NCBI GenBank assembly: GCA_035450225.1
Contig: DAOTMJ010000007.1
Coordinates: forward strand, 65,698 to 129,697
Source: Candidatus Hydrogenedentota bacterium
GTDB taxonomy: Bacteria; Hydrogenedentota; Hydrogenedentia; Hydrogenedentales; SLHB01
Reading direction: 5' to 3'
Length of the DNA stretch: 64,000 bases
Shown one piece after another: positions 50,426-60,699 of the stretch. The notes below the pieces were generated by a model. It was not told the origin of the DNA and did not search any database. It saw only the letters and a list, made by a program, of their open reading frames with translations. How positions within the stretch are numbered: position 1 is the stretch's first letter; each line of letters starts with the position of its first letter. The translations under genes and the position numbers were made by a program.

Positions 50426-51364
50426 ATGAGACAGATTCTGGCGCGGCATTCGCCGCTGGTTATTCTGGCGGGACTGTGCATCGTCGTCGCGGTGTTGTCG
50501 CCGGAATTCCGGACCGCCGACAACCTCAAGAGCGTGGCCTATCGCACGGCGGTGGTCGGCATTATCGCGACTGGGCAAATCCTTGTGATACTGACGGCCG
50601 GCATTGACTTGTCGGTCGGGAGCGTGGCGGCGTTGTCGGGCGTCGTCGCGTGCACCCTCATGAAAAATTATGCGTTGCCCGTGCCGCTGGTCATTGGATC
50701 GGGCCTTCTGACCGGACTGGCCTGTGGTCTCCTCAACGGATTTTTCGCGGCCAAGGGACGAATCCCGCCGTTTATCGTCACGCTTGGCATGATGATGGCG
50801 GCGCGCGGCGGCGCGTTGCTGCTTTCGGGCGGACGCCAGATTTCCGCCATCTCGGACACGTTCGCGATTATTGGCGGCATGCGCGGATGGTGGATTCCCG
50901 TCGGAATCACCCTGACCATAGCCGCCGTGTTTTCCGTGGTGTTGACGTTTACCCGCTTTGGCCGTGCGCTCTACGCCATCGGCGGCAATCTCAACGCCGC
51001 GCGCCTGTCGGGAATACCGGTTGATCGCATGCGAATCGGCGCGTTTGTGCTGTGCGGGATGCTGACGGGATTCGCGGGCGTCATGCTCGCGTCACGCACC
51101 GGCGTCGCCTCGCCCAACGCCGCCGACGGCGGCGAACTCGACGCGATCGCGGCATGCGTGATCGGCGGGGGCAGCCTGATGGGCGGCGAAGGCGGCTGCG
51201 TCGGCACGCTGGCCGGCGCGCTTATCATGAACGTGCTCGTCAACTTCTGCAACCTCAAAAACATCAATCCCGCGTGGCAGAAAGTTCTCGTGGGCGCGCT
51301 GATCGTGATCTTGGTATACTACGACAACCTGCGCAAGCGCAGGGCCGGCCTTCTAAAGGAATAG
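50426..51364 (+). CDS. sugar ABC transporter permease (RbsC/branched-chain-type BPD_transp_2 family)
   Basis: ATG 50426 after GGGAG; ~9 TM helices; conserved LTAGIDLSVGSV and GGSLMGGEGGCVGTLAGALIM motifs. Confidence 0.85.
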   Translation: MRQILARHSPLVILAGLCIVVAVLSPEFRTADNLKSVAYRTAVVGIIATGQILVILTAGIDLSVGSVAALSGVVACTLMKNYALPVPLVIGSGLLTGLACGLLNGFFAAKGRIPPFIVTLGMMMAARGGALLLSGGRQISAISDTFAIIGGMRGWWIPVGITLTIAAVFSVVLTFTRFGRALYAIGGNLNAARLSGIPVDRMRIGAFVLCGMLTGFAGVMLASRTGVASPNAADGGELDAIAACVIGGGSLMGGEGGCVGTLAGALIMNVLVNFCNLKNINPAWQKVLVGALIVILVYYDNLRKRRAGLLKE

Positions 51365-51385
51365 GCGGCTTGTCGCTTTTCTTTG

Positions 51386-51415
51386 CTTCTTTCTTTTCCC
51401 GTGAAAAGAAAGAAG
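51386..51415. promoter_or_regulatory. perfect 12-bp AT-rich hairpin (CTTCTTTCTTTT-cccgtg-AAAAGAAAGAAG) between permease and binding-protein genes
   Basis: Direct reading; located 22 nt after the permease stop and 11 nt before the binding-protein RBS. Confidence 0.3.
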
Positions 51416-51438
51416 AAACTTCTTTGGAGGACAGAATT

Positions 51439-52428
51439 ATGAAACGGAATGCTCTTGGTCTCATTGTATTGGCTCTTTTCGCGGGTTGTGGCGGACAGGT
51501 TTCCGCGCCGCCGCCGCAACCGTCCGCAGCAGCAACACCGGCCAAGAAGGACCGTCTCGAAATCGGCGTCGTTCCCAAGGGAATCTCGCATCAATTCTGG
51601 CTCACCGTCAAGGCCGGCGCCGACGCGGCCGGCAAGGAATTCAACGCCAACATCCGCTGGCAGGGACCCGACAAGGAAACCGAAATAGACAAACAGGTCA
51701 ACATCCTTGAAGACATGATCAGCCGCAAAGTGGACGCGATCGTCATGGCGGCCTGCGATGAAAACGGGCTTACGAATGTCATCAGGAAAGCCGTTGACGC
51801 CAAAATTCCCGTTATCACCATTGACTCCGGCGTCAATTCGGATCTTCCGGTCTCTCTGGTCGCCACCGACAATATCGCCGGCGCCAAGGCCGCCGCCCAC
51901 GAACTCGCCCGCCTCATCGGAAACGAGGGCGAAGTCGGACTCATGCCCTTCATTCCCGGCGCCGCCACCTCCGAACTGCGCGAACAGGGATTCAAGGAAG
52001 CCCTCCAGGATCTTCCGGGTCTGAAACTCGTGGCGACGCTTTACTGCCAGAGCGACGTCGCCAAGGGCATGAACGCCACCCAAGACATGATGACTGCCAA
52101 TCCCGGCCTCAAGGGTCTCTTCGCGGCCAACGAACCCGGCGCCATCGGCGCCGCCCAAGCCGTCAAGGCCGCCGGAAAAGCGGGCCAAATCAAAATCGTC
52201 GCCTTCGACGCTTCCGACGAGGAAATCCAAATGCTCAATGACGGTTCCCTCCAGGCCCTCATCGTGCAAAACCCCTTCCAGATGGGTTACCTCGGCGTCA
52301 AGGCCGCCATTGACGCCGTCAACGGAAGGCCCGTCGAAAAACGCATAGATACCGGCGTCACGGTTGTAACCAAGGACAACCTCAACCAGCCGGATATTCA
52401 GAAACTGCTCTACCCCTTGGGGAAATAG
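51439..52428 (+). CDS. sugar ABC transporter periplasmic substrate-binding lipoprotein (RbsB-like, Peripla_BP_4)
   Basis: ATG 51439 after GGAGGA; lipobox LALFAGC; LEIGVVPKGISHQFW and DAIVMAACD/ITIDSG motifs of type-I periplasmic binding proteins. Confidence 0.85.
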   Translation: MKRNALGLIVLALFAGCGGQVSAPPPQPSAAATPAKKDRLEIGVVPKGISHQFWLTVKAGADAAGKEFNANIRWQGPDKETEIDKQVNILEDMISRKVDAIVMAACDENGLTNVIRKAVDAKIPVITIDSGVNSDLPVSLVATDNIAGAKAAAHELARLIGNEGEVGLMPFIPGAATSELREQGFKEALQDLPGLKLVATLYCQSDVAKGMNATQDMMTANPGLKGLFAANEPGAIGAAQAVKAAGKAGQIKIVAFDASDEEIQMLNDGSLQALIVQNPFQMGYLGVKAAIDAVNGRPVEKRIDTGVTVVTKDNLNQPDIQKLLYPLGK

Positions 52429-53018
52429 CGCCGCACCGGCGCTTGCCGGCGTAACGCCGAAGCGGACACACGCCGTTGTGTGTGTTCACGTCATCACCCG
52501 CCAAGTCCTCTTCAATCCTTGGGCCAAGGATCGCGGATGATCTTTGGGAGACCCTTTTTCCCCTCCTGGTTCATGTTGACTGAAACGAATGAACGAAATG
52601 GCAAGAAAAAAGGACGAAAACATACCCATTGAATTTGTGAAAAAGAGTATCAAGTGCTTGGGGTTGAAGTACTTATAATCTTCGGGGCGATTTTCCGCAA
52701 ATTTGTATTGACTTCCGGCGAAGAATGGTATATTACAAAGAGAAGAGGAAGTAAACGGTTGTGAAGAAAAGGTAACACACGGGCCGTCATGCTTTCCTAT
52801 GCTATACGGTGTATTTTCGGCGAGCCGATTCCGAAAGCAAGACGGCGGGGGTTGCTTTTTCCCTTATTCACAACGGCGCGCATGTGAATTTTTTCGCGCG
52901 GTCGAAAATGTAACGCCGAGGGGTTCACAGGCGCGAAAAGTGGCATGCAGGAGGGAAGTTGTCAGGTAGTCAGCGTAGTTCAACCCAGGGCATTCGATAC
53001 GATAAGGAGACCTGTACC

Positions 53019-54038
53019 ATGCGCAACAAAGGTTTTACACTCATCGAATTACTGGTAGTTATCGCCATCATCGGCATCCTCGCGGCGATCCTCTTGCCCG
53101 CGCTGGCGCGAGCCCGTGAATCGGCCCGCCGTTCGAGTTGCCAGAACAACCTCAAGCAGTGGGGGTTGGTGTACAAGATGTACGCCAACGAGGCGGGATC
53201 GGGCAAATACCCGCCGATGGAACTGGAGATTGCCCCGCGGGAAGACACCGGCGAGTGGAAACTGTTTGTGGGGGCGGGGCCGCGCGTCAAGAGCATCTTT
53301 CCCGAATACCTGACCGATCCCTCGATCATCGTCTGCCCGTCCGATGCCGAAGACAAGATAGACGATCTAAAGGCCGAGAACGACATTCCCCAAATCAATC
53401 TGACGAAGGGTCAATGGCATATCGGGTACTTCCTGGGCAGCGGCAACGGCGTGAACGACATTGATAAAAGTTACGCCTATTTCGGCTGGGTGCTCGACCT
53501 CATGGGCGACAATCCGGAAGATGTCCGGACGGCGGGCGAACTGAACGTGGACATAATCGCGAGCGCGTTGGGCGCCAATATCCCCGGCGATGTCCTTGTT
53601 CCGGCGCAACTGGTCAAGGCGCTCCTGCAATTGGCCGAGAATCCACAAGTCGTGACCGCGCTGGCCTCGCCCGGCCCGCAGTATGCCGAATTGGTCAAGA
53701 GCATGGTTGACAGCGATGTGAACAACAACCCCAATACCAATACGCTGCTCGGATGGGGCAACGGCCACGGCAACACGATCTACCGCCTGCGCGAGGGCAT
53801 CGAGCGGTTCCTGGTGACGGACATCAACAATCCGGCGGCCACGGCCCGTGCGCAGAGCGCGGTGTTCATCATGCTCGATCAACTGGGCACGGCCGGCACC
53901 GCCGCGCTGTACAACCACATCCCCGGCGGCTGCAACGTCCTGTATCTGGATGGACACGTGACGTTCATCAGGTATCCCGGCGATCAGCCCGTGAACGAAT
54001 ACCTTGCCCATATCATGGCGCTGTTCTCGATCAATTGA
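53019..54038 (+). CDS. DUF1559 / H-X9-DG domain protein with prepilin-type N-terminal cleavage/methylation signal
   Basis: ATG 53019 after AAGGAGA; N-terminus [26 protein letters not shown]; C-terminal [12 protein letters not shown] (H-X9-DG). Confidence 0.85.
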   Translation: MRNKGFTLIELLVVIAIIGILAAILLPALARARESARRSSCQNNLKQWGLVYKMYANEAGSGKYPPMELEIAPREDTGEWKLFVGAGPRVKSIFPEYLTDPSIIVCPSDAEDKIDDLKAENDIPQINLTKGQWHIGYFLGSGNGVNDIDKSYAYFGWVLDLMGDNPEDVRTAGELNVDIIASALGANIPGDVLVPAQLVKALLQLAENPQVVTALASPGPQYAELVKSMVDSDVNNNPNTNTLLGWGNGHGNTIYRLREGIERFLVTDINNPAATARAQSAVFIMLDQLGTAGTAALYNHIPGGCNVLYLDGHVTFIRYPGDQPVNEYLAHIMALFSIN

Positions 54039-54043
54039 CGCGG

Positions 54044-55666
54044 TTACAACGCGATCAGCGACGGTTCGTATCCTTCGGGCGTTTCGTGGCCGAGCAGGGC
54101 CAGCAGCGTCGCGGCGACGTTGCCGAGACCGGGCGCGGGGACATTTGCGAGTGAAAGACGGTTGGATCCGCTGAAGTCTTTCACGATGAAGGGAACGGGA
54201 TTGAGCGTGTGCGCCACCATGGGCTCACGCTTTCCTTTTTTCTCCGTGAACATGCAGTCGGCGTTGCCGTGATCCGCCGTAACGACGAGCACGCCGTTGG
54301 CCGCCTCGACGGCGGGCAAAAGCCGGCCAAGGGCAAGGTCCACGGATTCAACCGCGATGCGCACGGCGGGGACGATCCCGGTGTGGCCGACCATGTCGCC
54401 GTTGGCGTAGTTCATGCGGATGAACTTGTATTTGCCCGACGCAATGGCTTCGAGGACATTGTCGGTGATTTCGGCGGACTTCATCCACGGACGCAGATGG
54501 AATTGGATTCGGTCCGATGGGATTTCGACATATTTTTCGAGGCGTTCGTCAATATACCCGGAATTGTTTCCGTTCCAGAAATAGGTCACGTGGCCGAATT
54601 TCTGCGTCTCGGAGATTGCAAACGATGTGACGCCCGCCGCGCAGAGGTATTGGCCGATGGTGCGGTCGATCGCGGGCGGTTCGACAAGGTAATTCTTCGG
54701 GATCAGGGCGTCGCCGTCGTACTGCATCAAGCCCGCGTAGAAGACCTTCGGGCGCCGCTTGCGGTCGAATTCGGCAAAATCGTCCTCGTCGAACGCGCGC
54801 GATATTTCAATCGCGCGGTCCCCGCGAAAGTTGAAGAACACCACCGCGTCGCCGTCCTCGATGGTTCCCACGGGTTTGCCGTTTTCGGTGATGACGAAAC
54901 TGTCGAGATACTGATCGGTGCTGGCCGGATCCTCGGCATAATACGTCCGGACGGCCTCCGCGGCGGATGCGAAGGCGCGGCCCTCGCCGAGCACGTGAGT
55001 TTTCCAGCCGCGTTCCACGACGCCCCAATTCGCGCCGTAGCGATCCATCGTGGTGACCATGCGGCCGCCGCCGGACGCGATGCGGTAATCCTTGCCCCCT
55101 GCATTCAATTCCGCCAGTTTCGCTTCAAGAATGTCGAGGTAGCCAAGCGCGCTGCGCTCGCCGACGTCGCGTCCGTCGAGCAGCGGATGCACGCGCACGC
55201 GCGCGACGCCCTCCTGCGCGCAACGGTCGAGAAGCGCGAGCAATTGGTCAATGTGGCTGTGAACGTTTCCGTCGGACAGTAGGCCGATAAAATGGATCGT
55301 GCCGCCCCGCGCCGCTTGGTCCACGACCTTTTTCCACGCGGATCCCGCAAACAAGGCTCCGCTGGCGATCGCCTCGTTGACCAGTTTGGCGCCCTGCGCG
55401 AACACGCGCCCCGCGCCCAGCGCGTTGTGGCCCACTTCCGAGTTGCCCATGTCGTCGTCGCTGGGCAGGCCGACCGCCGTTCCGTGCGCTTTCAACCGCG
55501 TGAACAGCGGCTCGGCGAACAACGAGTCCAACACCGGTGTATAGGCCATGTACACGCCGTCGGATTCATCGCGCTTGCCGATGCCGACGCCGTCCATGAT
55601 CACCAGAACCAGCGGGCCGGGAAAGGGGGTGTAACGGCTTGATGGTTTGAGGGAAAGCGAGGCCAC
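54044..55666 (-). CDS. gpmI: 2,3-bisphosphoglycerate-independent phosphoglycerate mutase
   Basis: 540 aa; LVIMDGVGIG, SEVGHNALGAGR, and C-terminal TADHGNAD motifs of iPGM. Confidence 0.95.
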   Translation of the reverse strand: MASLSLKPSSRYTPFPGPLVLVIMDGVGIGKRDESDGVYMAYTPVLDSLFAEPLFTRLKAHGTAVGLPSDDDMGNSEVGHNALGAGRVFAQGAKLVNEAIASGALFAGSAWKKVVDQAARGGTIHFIGLLSDGNVHSHIDQLLALLDRCAQEGVARVRVHPLLDGRDVGERSALGYLDILEAKLAELNAGGKDYRIASGGGRMVTTMDRYGANWGVVERGWKTHVLGEGRAFASAAEAVRTYYAEDPASTDQYLDSFVITENGKPVGTIEDGDAVVFFNFRGDRAIEISRAFDEDDFAEFDRKRRPKVFYAGLMQYDGDALIPKNYLVEPPAIDRTIGQYLCAAGVTSFAISETQKFGHVTYFWNGNNSGYIDERLEKYVEIPSDRIQFHLRPWMKSAEITDNVLEAIASGKYKFIRMNYANGDMVGHTGIVPAVRIAVESVDLALGRLLPAVEAANGVLVVTADHGNADCMFTEKKGKREPMVAHTLNPVPFIVKDFSGSNRLSLANVPAPGLGNVAATLLALLGHETPEGYEPSLIAL

Positions 55667-55804
55667 GATAGGTATCCTTCTTGTTTCGTCCAGGGATGCG
55701 TATGCTTCCGTTTGCCTGTTTTCGTGCTCGTGTTTGTCGTCGGTGTCGTCGTCGAATGCGGCATGGCTTCGATGACGATTACCCGCACGAAAAAAGGCCG
55801 TATC

Positions 55805-56803
55805 TCAATCGAGCGGTTCGATCCAGATATTTCGGTACTGAACCGCGTTATGGTGATCCTGCAACAACAGGACGCCTTTGGGGGCTTCGACGCCGCTGAC
55901 GCCGCCGGGGGTCGTTCCGTCGAGTTCGACGTTGTCGTGAATTACGGTTCCGTTCAACTCGACCCTGATGACGGCGTTTTTGGTTTTATTGCCCGCCGCG
56001 TCGAATTTCGGCGCGTGGAACGTGATGTCGTAGGTCTGCCATTCCGTCGGCGGCAGGCAGGCATTGGTTTTCGGCACGGCCTTTTTGTAGATGCCGCCGC
56101 ATTCATTGTCGGCGGTCGGCAGCCCGAAACTGTCGAGCACCTGGACTTCATAGCGCCCGAAGACGTACACGCCGCTGTTGCCGCGGGCTTGTCCGCGCTT
56201 GTCGGCCATGAGCGGCGTGCGGAATTCGAGATGAATCCGGTGATCGCCGAATTCCTGCTTGGACACGATATTGCCCTTGCCGACCTGCATTGCGCCGCCC
56301 TCGACGATGGTCCACGGCTTCTCGGTTGGCTGCCATGCGTCGAGATTCGTGCCGTCGAACAGCACGATGCCGTTTGCGGGCGGTTTCGCGCCCAACGACG
56401 GCGGCTGAATATAGACATGATCCAGTTTGAACGCGCCCGGCGCGTCCTTTCCCTTGAATTTGCCGGTAATATGCGCGCCGTCCCCCTTGGCCGTCAGTTT
56501 GCACATGCCGCCGAAGTCCGCGCCCAGATCCAATTCACAATCTACCGTGAACTTCTTACCATCGAACGATCCGCGGGCCAGCGCCGATACCGGTTTGCCG
56601 GCCTTGTCCGCGAGTTCGACAAATACGCGGTACAGGCCCCTGCCGTCCGCGACAATCTTGGCCGACAACGGCGTGTTTTGCCAGGCCTTGTCCGTGAACA
56701 GGCCGCGCCATGTGCCCTGAACGGGATCCGTTGCCTGCTGCGCCGCGGCCACTACCGTCACAAGAATCAAGGCCGCCATCCATCCGAGAACCCTGTATCT
56801 CAT
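55805..56803 (-). CDS. DUF1080 (3-keto-disaccharide hydrolase) domain protein with extra N-terminal beta-sandwich domain
   Basis: Signal peptide at ATG 56803 (MRYRVLGWMAALILVTVVAAAQQA); C-terminal half LFDGTNLDAW ... SGVYVFGRYEVQVLDSF ... NIWIEPL matches DUF1080. Confidence 0.75.
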   Translation of the reverse strand: MRYRVLGWMAALILVTVVAAAQQATDPVQGTWRGLFTDKAWQNTPLSAKIVADGRGLYRVFVELADKAGKPVSALARGSFDGKKFTVDCELDLGADFGGMCKLTAKGDGAHITGKFKGKDAPGAFKLDHVYIQPPSLGAKPPANGIVLFDGTNLDAWQPTEKPWTIVEGGAMQVGKGNIVSKQEFGDHRIHLEFRTPLMADKRGQARGNSGVYVFGRYEVQVLDSFGLPTADNECGGIYKKAVPKTNACLPPTEWQTYDITFHAPKFDAAGNKTKNAVIRVELNGTVIHDNVELDGTTPGGVSGVEAPKGVLLLQDHHNAVQYRNIWIEPLD

Positions 56804-57116
56804 TTTGCGTTTCCTCCGCACAAGTGGTTGTTTCAAAAAACGCGGCGATCCTATCACAGCACCATCCGGCGCGCAATGTGGATATCGTTTCCGCATGGAT
56901 TTTCCAGATGAGCGAAGGGGGGCGAAAGGATCATCATGGACGAAAATCGCGGTACGATCCCGTTTTTGCTTTCACAACCCCGCCAACATCTTCGGTTGCG
57001 CCCCGTCCACTGGTTTCATGATCGCGTCATTCTAAACGCACCCGTTTTTCTTTTTTACATTGTTAATCTTGCTTTTTTTGGAAATATCAGTTAGACTATT
57101 GCTGCTTGGGGAAGGA

Positions 57117-58079
57117 ATGGCCGGCAAAGAGGTACGGCTTATGGTGAAGTGCCCCAGCCATTCCCGGAGTGAAGTTGTGGGATATTGCAGCGTTTGCGGC
57201 ACGTTCGGCTGTAAAGAGTGCCTGACGCAATTCGAGGGGGAGTTTTTTTGTGCAAAACACTACCGCCCCATTGCCCAGCGCCTCGAACAGGAGCAACGTC
57301 TCGAGGAGAGGCGGCACCAGCACCCCCGCCAGCGGCTCGTCGTGCGGTTTGCGGACGGGCGGCGCGCCTATGGCGTCTGTTTTTCCATGGTGCTTACCGA
57401 CGAGGGGTTTCATCTGGACCTTACCGACGCATCCGGGGTTCCGCTGGGCAAGACGGAAAAGATCAACTTCAAGGATCTGAAGGCGGTTTTTCATGTCAAA
57501 AGTTTCGACGGAAAGCCCGCCACGCCCGTCCCCTACAAGGCCTTCACCCCCGAAGGGCCGGAACTGGTCGTGGTATTTCGCGACGGAGAAATCGTACGCG
57601 GTTTTTCGCCCCAACGCCACAACACCCGGGATCCCCGTTTCTATCTGATCTCGAAGGATCCAAACGACAACAACATCAGCATCCTCGTTGAACGGACTGC
57701 GGTCGAGGCCGTCTATACGGCTGAAGAATACGAGGAGATGCTTGCACGAAAACGCGAGACATCCCGCGAAAACGCCTTGCCGGAAAACATCTCGCATGAG
57801 GAAGCGATGGGGGACTTCCATTTCGAAATGCGCGAATACGAAACCGCGCTGCAATGCTACCAGCAGGCCCTGTCCAAGTTTCCCCGTTCACCCCGCCTAA
57901 TCAAAAAGACCGTCTTGGCCCTTTATGACACCGGCGTCCAGTACATCAAGCGGCGCGAGTACGACAAGGCACTGCACCACATGGAACAGGCGCTTCGGCT
58001 GGCGCCCCACAATGAATCCGTGGTAAAAAAGGTGGCGCAACTCAAACACGTCTTGAAGAAACAGGAACAGAACGTGTAA
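57117..58079 (+). CDS. hypothetical protein with N-terminal B-box/zinc-ribbon-like Cys cluster and C-terminal TPR-like helical repeats
   Basis: ATG 57117 after GGGAAGGA; CPSHS...CSVCGTFGCKEC...C..H Cys/His pattern; C-terminal YETALQCYQQAL / YDKALHHMEQALRLAP TPR-like pairs. Confidence 0.4.
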   Translation: MAGKEVRLMVKCPSHSRSEVVGYCSVCGTFGCKECLTQFEGEFFCAKHYRPIAQRLEQEQRLEERRHQHPRQRLVVRFADGRRAYGVCFSMVLTDEGFHLDLTDASGVPLGKTEKINFKDLKAVFHVKSFDGKPATPVPYKAFTPEGPELVVVFRDGEIVRGFSPQRHNTRDPRFYLISKDPNDNNISILVERTAVEAVYTAEEYEEMLARKRETSRENALPENISHEEAMGDFHFEMREYETALQCYQQALSKFPRSPRLIKKTVLALYDTGVQYIKRREYDKALHHMEQALRLAPHNESVVKKVAQLKHVLKKQEQNV

Positions 58080-58089
58080 CATGGGGGTA

Positions 58090-58120
58090 GGCGCCTGAAA
58101 CGGCGCCGTGGATTTTTTTT
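58090..58120 (+). terminator. candidate Rho-independent terminator/attenuator (GGCGCC-UGAAAC-GGCGCC ... U8)
   Basis: 6-bp GC stem 58090-58095/58102-58107 and T8 run 58113-58120, between the B-box gene stop (58079) and the phosphoesterase ATG (58135); 5-nt spacer before the U-run weakens it. Confidence 0.4.
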
Positions 58121-58134
58121 GCAGTGATTATTGT

Positions 58135-58866
58135 ATGCGCATTGCCATTATAGCCGATATTCATGCCAATCTGGAGGCGGCCTCGGCGGTTTTGGCCGAA
58201 ATTGACAGGCTGAACCCCGACAAGACCGTCTGCTTGGGCGACCTTGCCGGCTACAATTCCCAGCCGAACGAGGTCATCGAACTGATTCGCGCGCGGGAAA
58301 TTCCGACGCTGATGGGCAATCACGACGCCGCCGCGTGCGGAAACGAGGATACATGGTTCTTTCGGTCCTCGGCCAAGAAAGCCATTGACTGGCAGGCCGG
58401 CCAACTCCGCGAAGACAACCGCGAATGGCTCAAGGCCCTGCCCGTGCAACTGGCCTTCGACCGGGTTTGTCTGGGCGTGCACGGTTCGCCGGGCAACCGC
58501 GATGACTACATTGTGGATTGGCTGGACGCCATGCGCCAGTTGTCCCATCTGAAGAATCCCGACACCATGGTCTGTTTCTTCGGCCATAGCCATCGGGCGT
58601 CGTTCTTTTCGGAGCGCGGCGGCCATTTTGCCACGACCGCCGGAACCGTCCATGAATTACGGCCCCGAAACCGATACTTCATCAATCCCGGCGCCGTCGG
58701 CCAGCCCCGCGACCGGGATCCCCGCGCCGCTTTCGGACTGTTCGACAGCGATCGCATGACCTTCGAGTTCTGCCGTGTCGAATACGACGTGGCCGCCGCC
58801 GCGCAAAAAAACATCAAAGCGGGGCTTCCCTCGGATTTGGCCGCCCGTCTTATCAAAGGCGTCTGA
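58135..58866 (+). CDS. metallophosphoesterase (calcineurin-like, YfcE/MJ0936-type)
   Basis: MRIAIIADIHAN ... CLGDLAGY ... GNHD ... GHSH motifs. Confidence 0.8.
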   Translation: MRIAIIADIHANLEAASAVLAEIDRLNPDKTVCLGDLAGYNSQPNEVIELIRAREIPTLMGNHDAAACGNEDTWFFRSSAKKAIDWQAGQLREDNREWLKALPVQLAFDRVCLGVHGSPGNRDDYIVDWLDAMRQLSHLKNPDTMVCFFGHSHRASFFSERGGHFATTAGTVHELRPRNRYFINPGAVGQPRDRDPRAAFGLFDSDRMTFEFCRVEYDVAAAAQKNIKAGLPSDLAARLIKGV

Positions 58867-59124
58867 TTGTATTGAACGCCAAACGATTTTGCCGCAGGCG
58901 GCCACCGCGTTCCGGCGGGAATTTTATCGGCCTGTTTCTTCCGGAAAGTCGTCTGAACCATTCGTCCGGCATCGCTGCATGAGCCGGAGTGCTGTTTCAC
59001 GCTCATTGAGCATTCGACGGTCGCAATGAGCGCCGGAATGTCCTTCTTGCAGATGGCAAAGACCTGCGCCCAACGTGTAAGACACGAATTATTCGCGTCG
59101 GCAGAAAGACGAATACCCCCGCTG

Positions 59125-59610
59125 TTATGACAGCGTTTCGCCGAGGATCTTGTCCGCCTGTTTCGCGCGAAACGCATTGAGTTTTTCGGATAATTCCGGT
59201 CGGGTGAGCGCGAGGATGGCGATGGCGAGCAGGGCGGCATTGACGGCGCCGGCCTTGCCGACGGCCAGCGTGCCGACGGGGATGCCCGCGGGCATCTGGA
59301 CCATCGAGAGAAGCGAGTCGAGCCCCTGCAATGCGCTGGCCATGGGCACGCCGAGGACGGGCTTGATCGTGCGCGACGCCATGACGCCGGCCAGGTGCGC
59401 CGCGCCGCCCGCCGCGCCGATGAACACTTCGCAGCCGCGGGCGGTCGCATCGGCCATGTAGGCTTCCAAAGCGTCGGGCGTGCGGTGGGCCGACAGCACG
59501 CGGGCCTCGTTCGGGACACCAAATTCGGACAGTGTCTCCGCGGCATGGCGCATGACGTCCCAGTCGGATTTGCTGCCCATGATAACGGCTACAAGAAGGT
59601 CGTTGCTCAT
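59125..59610 (-). CDS. purE: N5-carboxyaminoimidazole ribonucleotide mutase
   Basis: 161 aa; VAVIMGSKSDWDVM and FIGAAGGAAHLAGVMA PurE signatures. Confidence 0.9.
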   Translation of the reverse strand: MSNDLLVAVIMGSKSDWDVMRHAAETLSEFGVPNEARVLSAHRTPDALEAYMADATARGCEVFIGAAGGAAHLAGVMASRTIKPVLGVPMASALQGLDSLLSMVQMPAGIPVGTLAVGKAGAVNAALLAIAILALTRPELSEKLNAFRAKQADKILGETLS

Positions 59611-59658
59611 GTTGATGCGGGCCTCCTTTATGTGAAGTAGTCAGTAGTCAGTAGTATA

Positions 59659-60699
59659 TTATGTCCGCTTGAACGCCGACAATGTTTTCCATGCGCAACG
59701 TTCCCATGTGTATTCCGAGGCGGCCTGTTTTCCGTATCGGACGCGCGCCTGTCGTTGTTCCGGTTGTTCGTCGAGCGCCCAGCGGATGCCGGCAATGATG
59801 GAATGGGTGCTTTCCGGGTTGAAATAGATGGGTGTGTCGCCGGCCACCTCGGCGATGCCGCCGGTGCGCGACGTGACGACCGGCGCGCCCGACCGCATCG
59901 CCTCGAGCACGGTCACGCCGCTGCCTTCGTATAGGGACGGCTGAATGAACACGTCACAATGCTGATACAACCCGGCGAGGTGCGTCGCGGGGCACGATTC
60001 GATGCGCATGACGCGGGGACCCCAATCGGCCGGCTCGGCCTCGGCGGGTTGTCCCACGACGACCAGCCCGTGCGGAAAATCGTCTTTTAGAATGTCGAAG
60101 ACTTCACGGAGCCGCTTGAGATTGCGATAGGCGCGCGTCGCGCCGACAACCAGGAAGTAGGGCTTTTGAATGAAGCAGGTCTGCGGCTTTGCGAACACTT
60201 CCGAGACGCCCAGCGGCGCGACCACCACCTTGTTCAGCGGAATACCCAGCAGTTCGAGGTACTTCCGCTGAACGAATCCGGAAGGCGCGACGATGGCGGC
60301 GGCGTTTTCGCAGACACGTTTCACCGTTTTGATCCGGACGGCCCGCTTGCGCGCGGATTCCTCCGCGTCCTCTTCCCATGCGTAGAGGTCGAGCGCGAAC
60401 ACGACAATCGGGATGCTGCTTTTGGCGGGGGCCGATTCAAGCGGCGTGAACAAGACATCGGCATTTCGCTGTCGGGCGGCGCGTTCGACGCGGCTTTCAA
60501 GACCCGAGAAAAGTCCCGCGCCGGCAAGGCATTCGCGATCCCAGCCGTCGAAACTGTCGTGGTTGTCCGGATCCGTAATCAACACGAAACGCGTGTCCGG
60601 CTGGACGTCGCGCATCGTGGCGAGCACGTTGCGGATATAGTGTTCCGCGCCGCCGCCGCGGCCCGGCTTCAATCCCGCCAAGTTGACACCGACCATCAT
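59659..60699 (-). CDS. glycosyltransferase family 4 (group 1)
   Basis: 346 aa; C-terminal GT4 motif VFIQPSLYEGSGVTVLEAMRSGAPVVTSRTGGIAEV. Confidence 0.85.
   Translation of the reverse strand: MMVGVNLAGLKPGRGGGAEHYIRNVLATMRDVQPDTRFVLITDPDNHDSFDGWDRECLAGAGLFSGLESRVERAARQRNADVLFTPLESAPAKSSIPIVVFALDLYAWEEDAEESARKRAVRIKTVKRVCENAAAIVAPSGFVQRKYLELLGIPLNKVVVAPLGVSEVFAKPQTCFIQKPYFLVVGATRAYRNLKRLREVFDILKDDFPHGLVVVGQPAEAEPADWGPRVMRIESCPATHLAGLYQHCDVFIQPSLYEGSGVTVLEAMRSGAPVVTSRTGGIAEVAGDTPIYFNPESTHSIIAGIRWALDEQPEQRQARVRYGKQAASEYTWERCAWKTLSAFKRT

Noticed and set aside
58506-59546. 346-aa minus-strand ORF spanning the purE antisense and the 58867-59124 spacer
   Set aside because: Ala/Arg/Pro/Ser-rich low-complexity translation; overlaps the real purE gene on the opposite frame; no start context.
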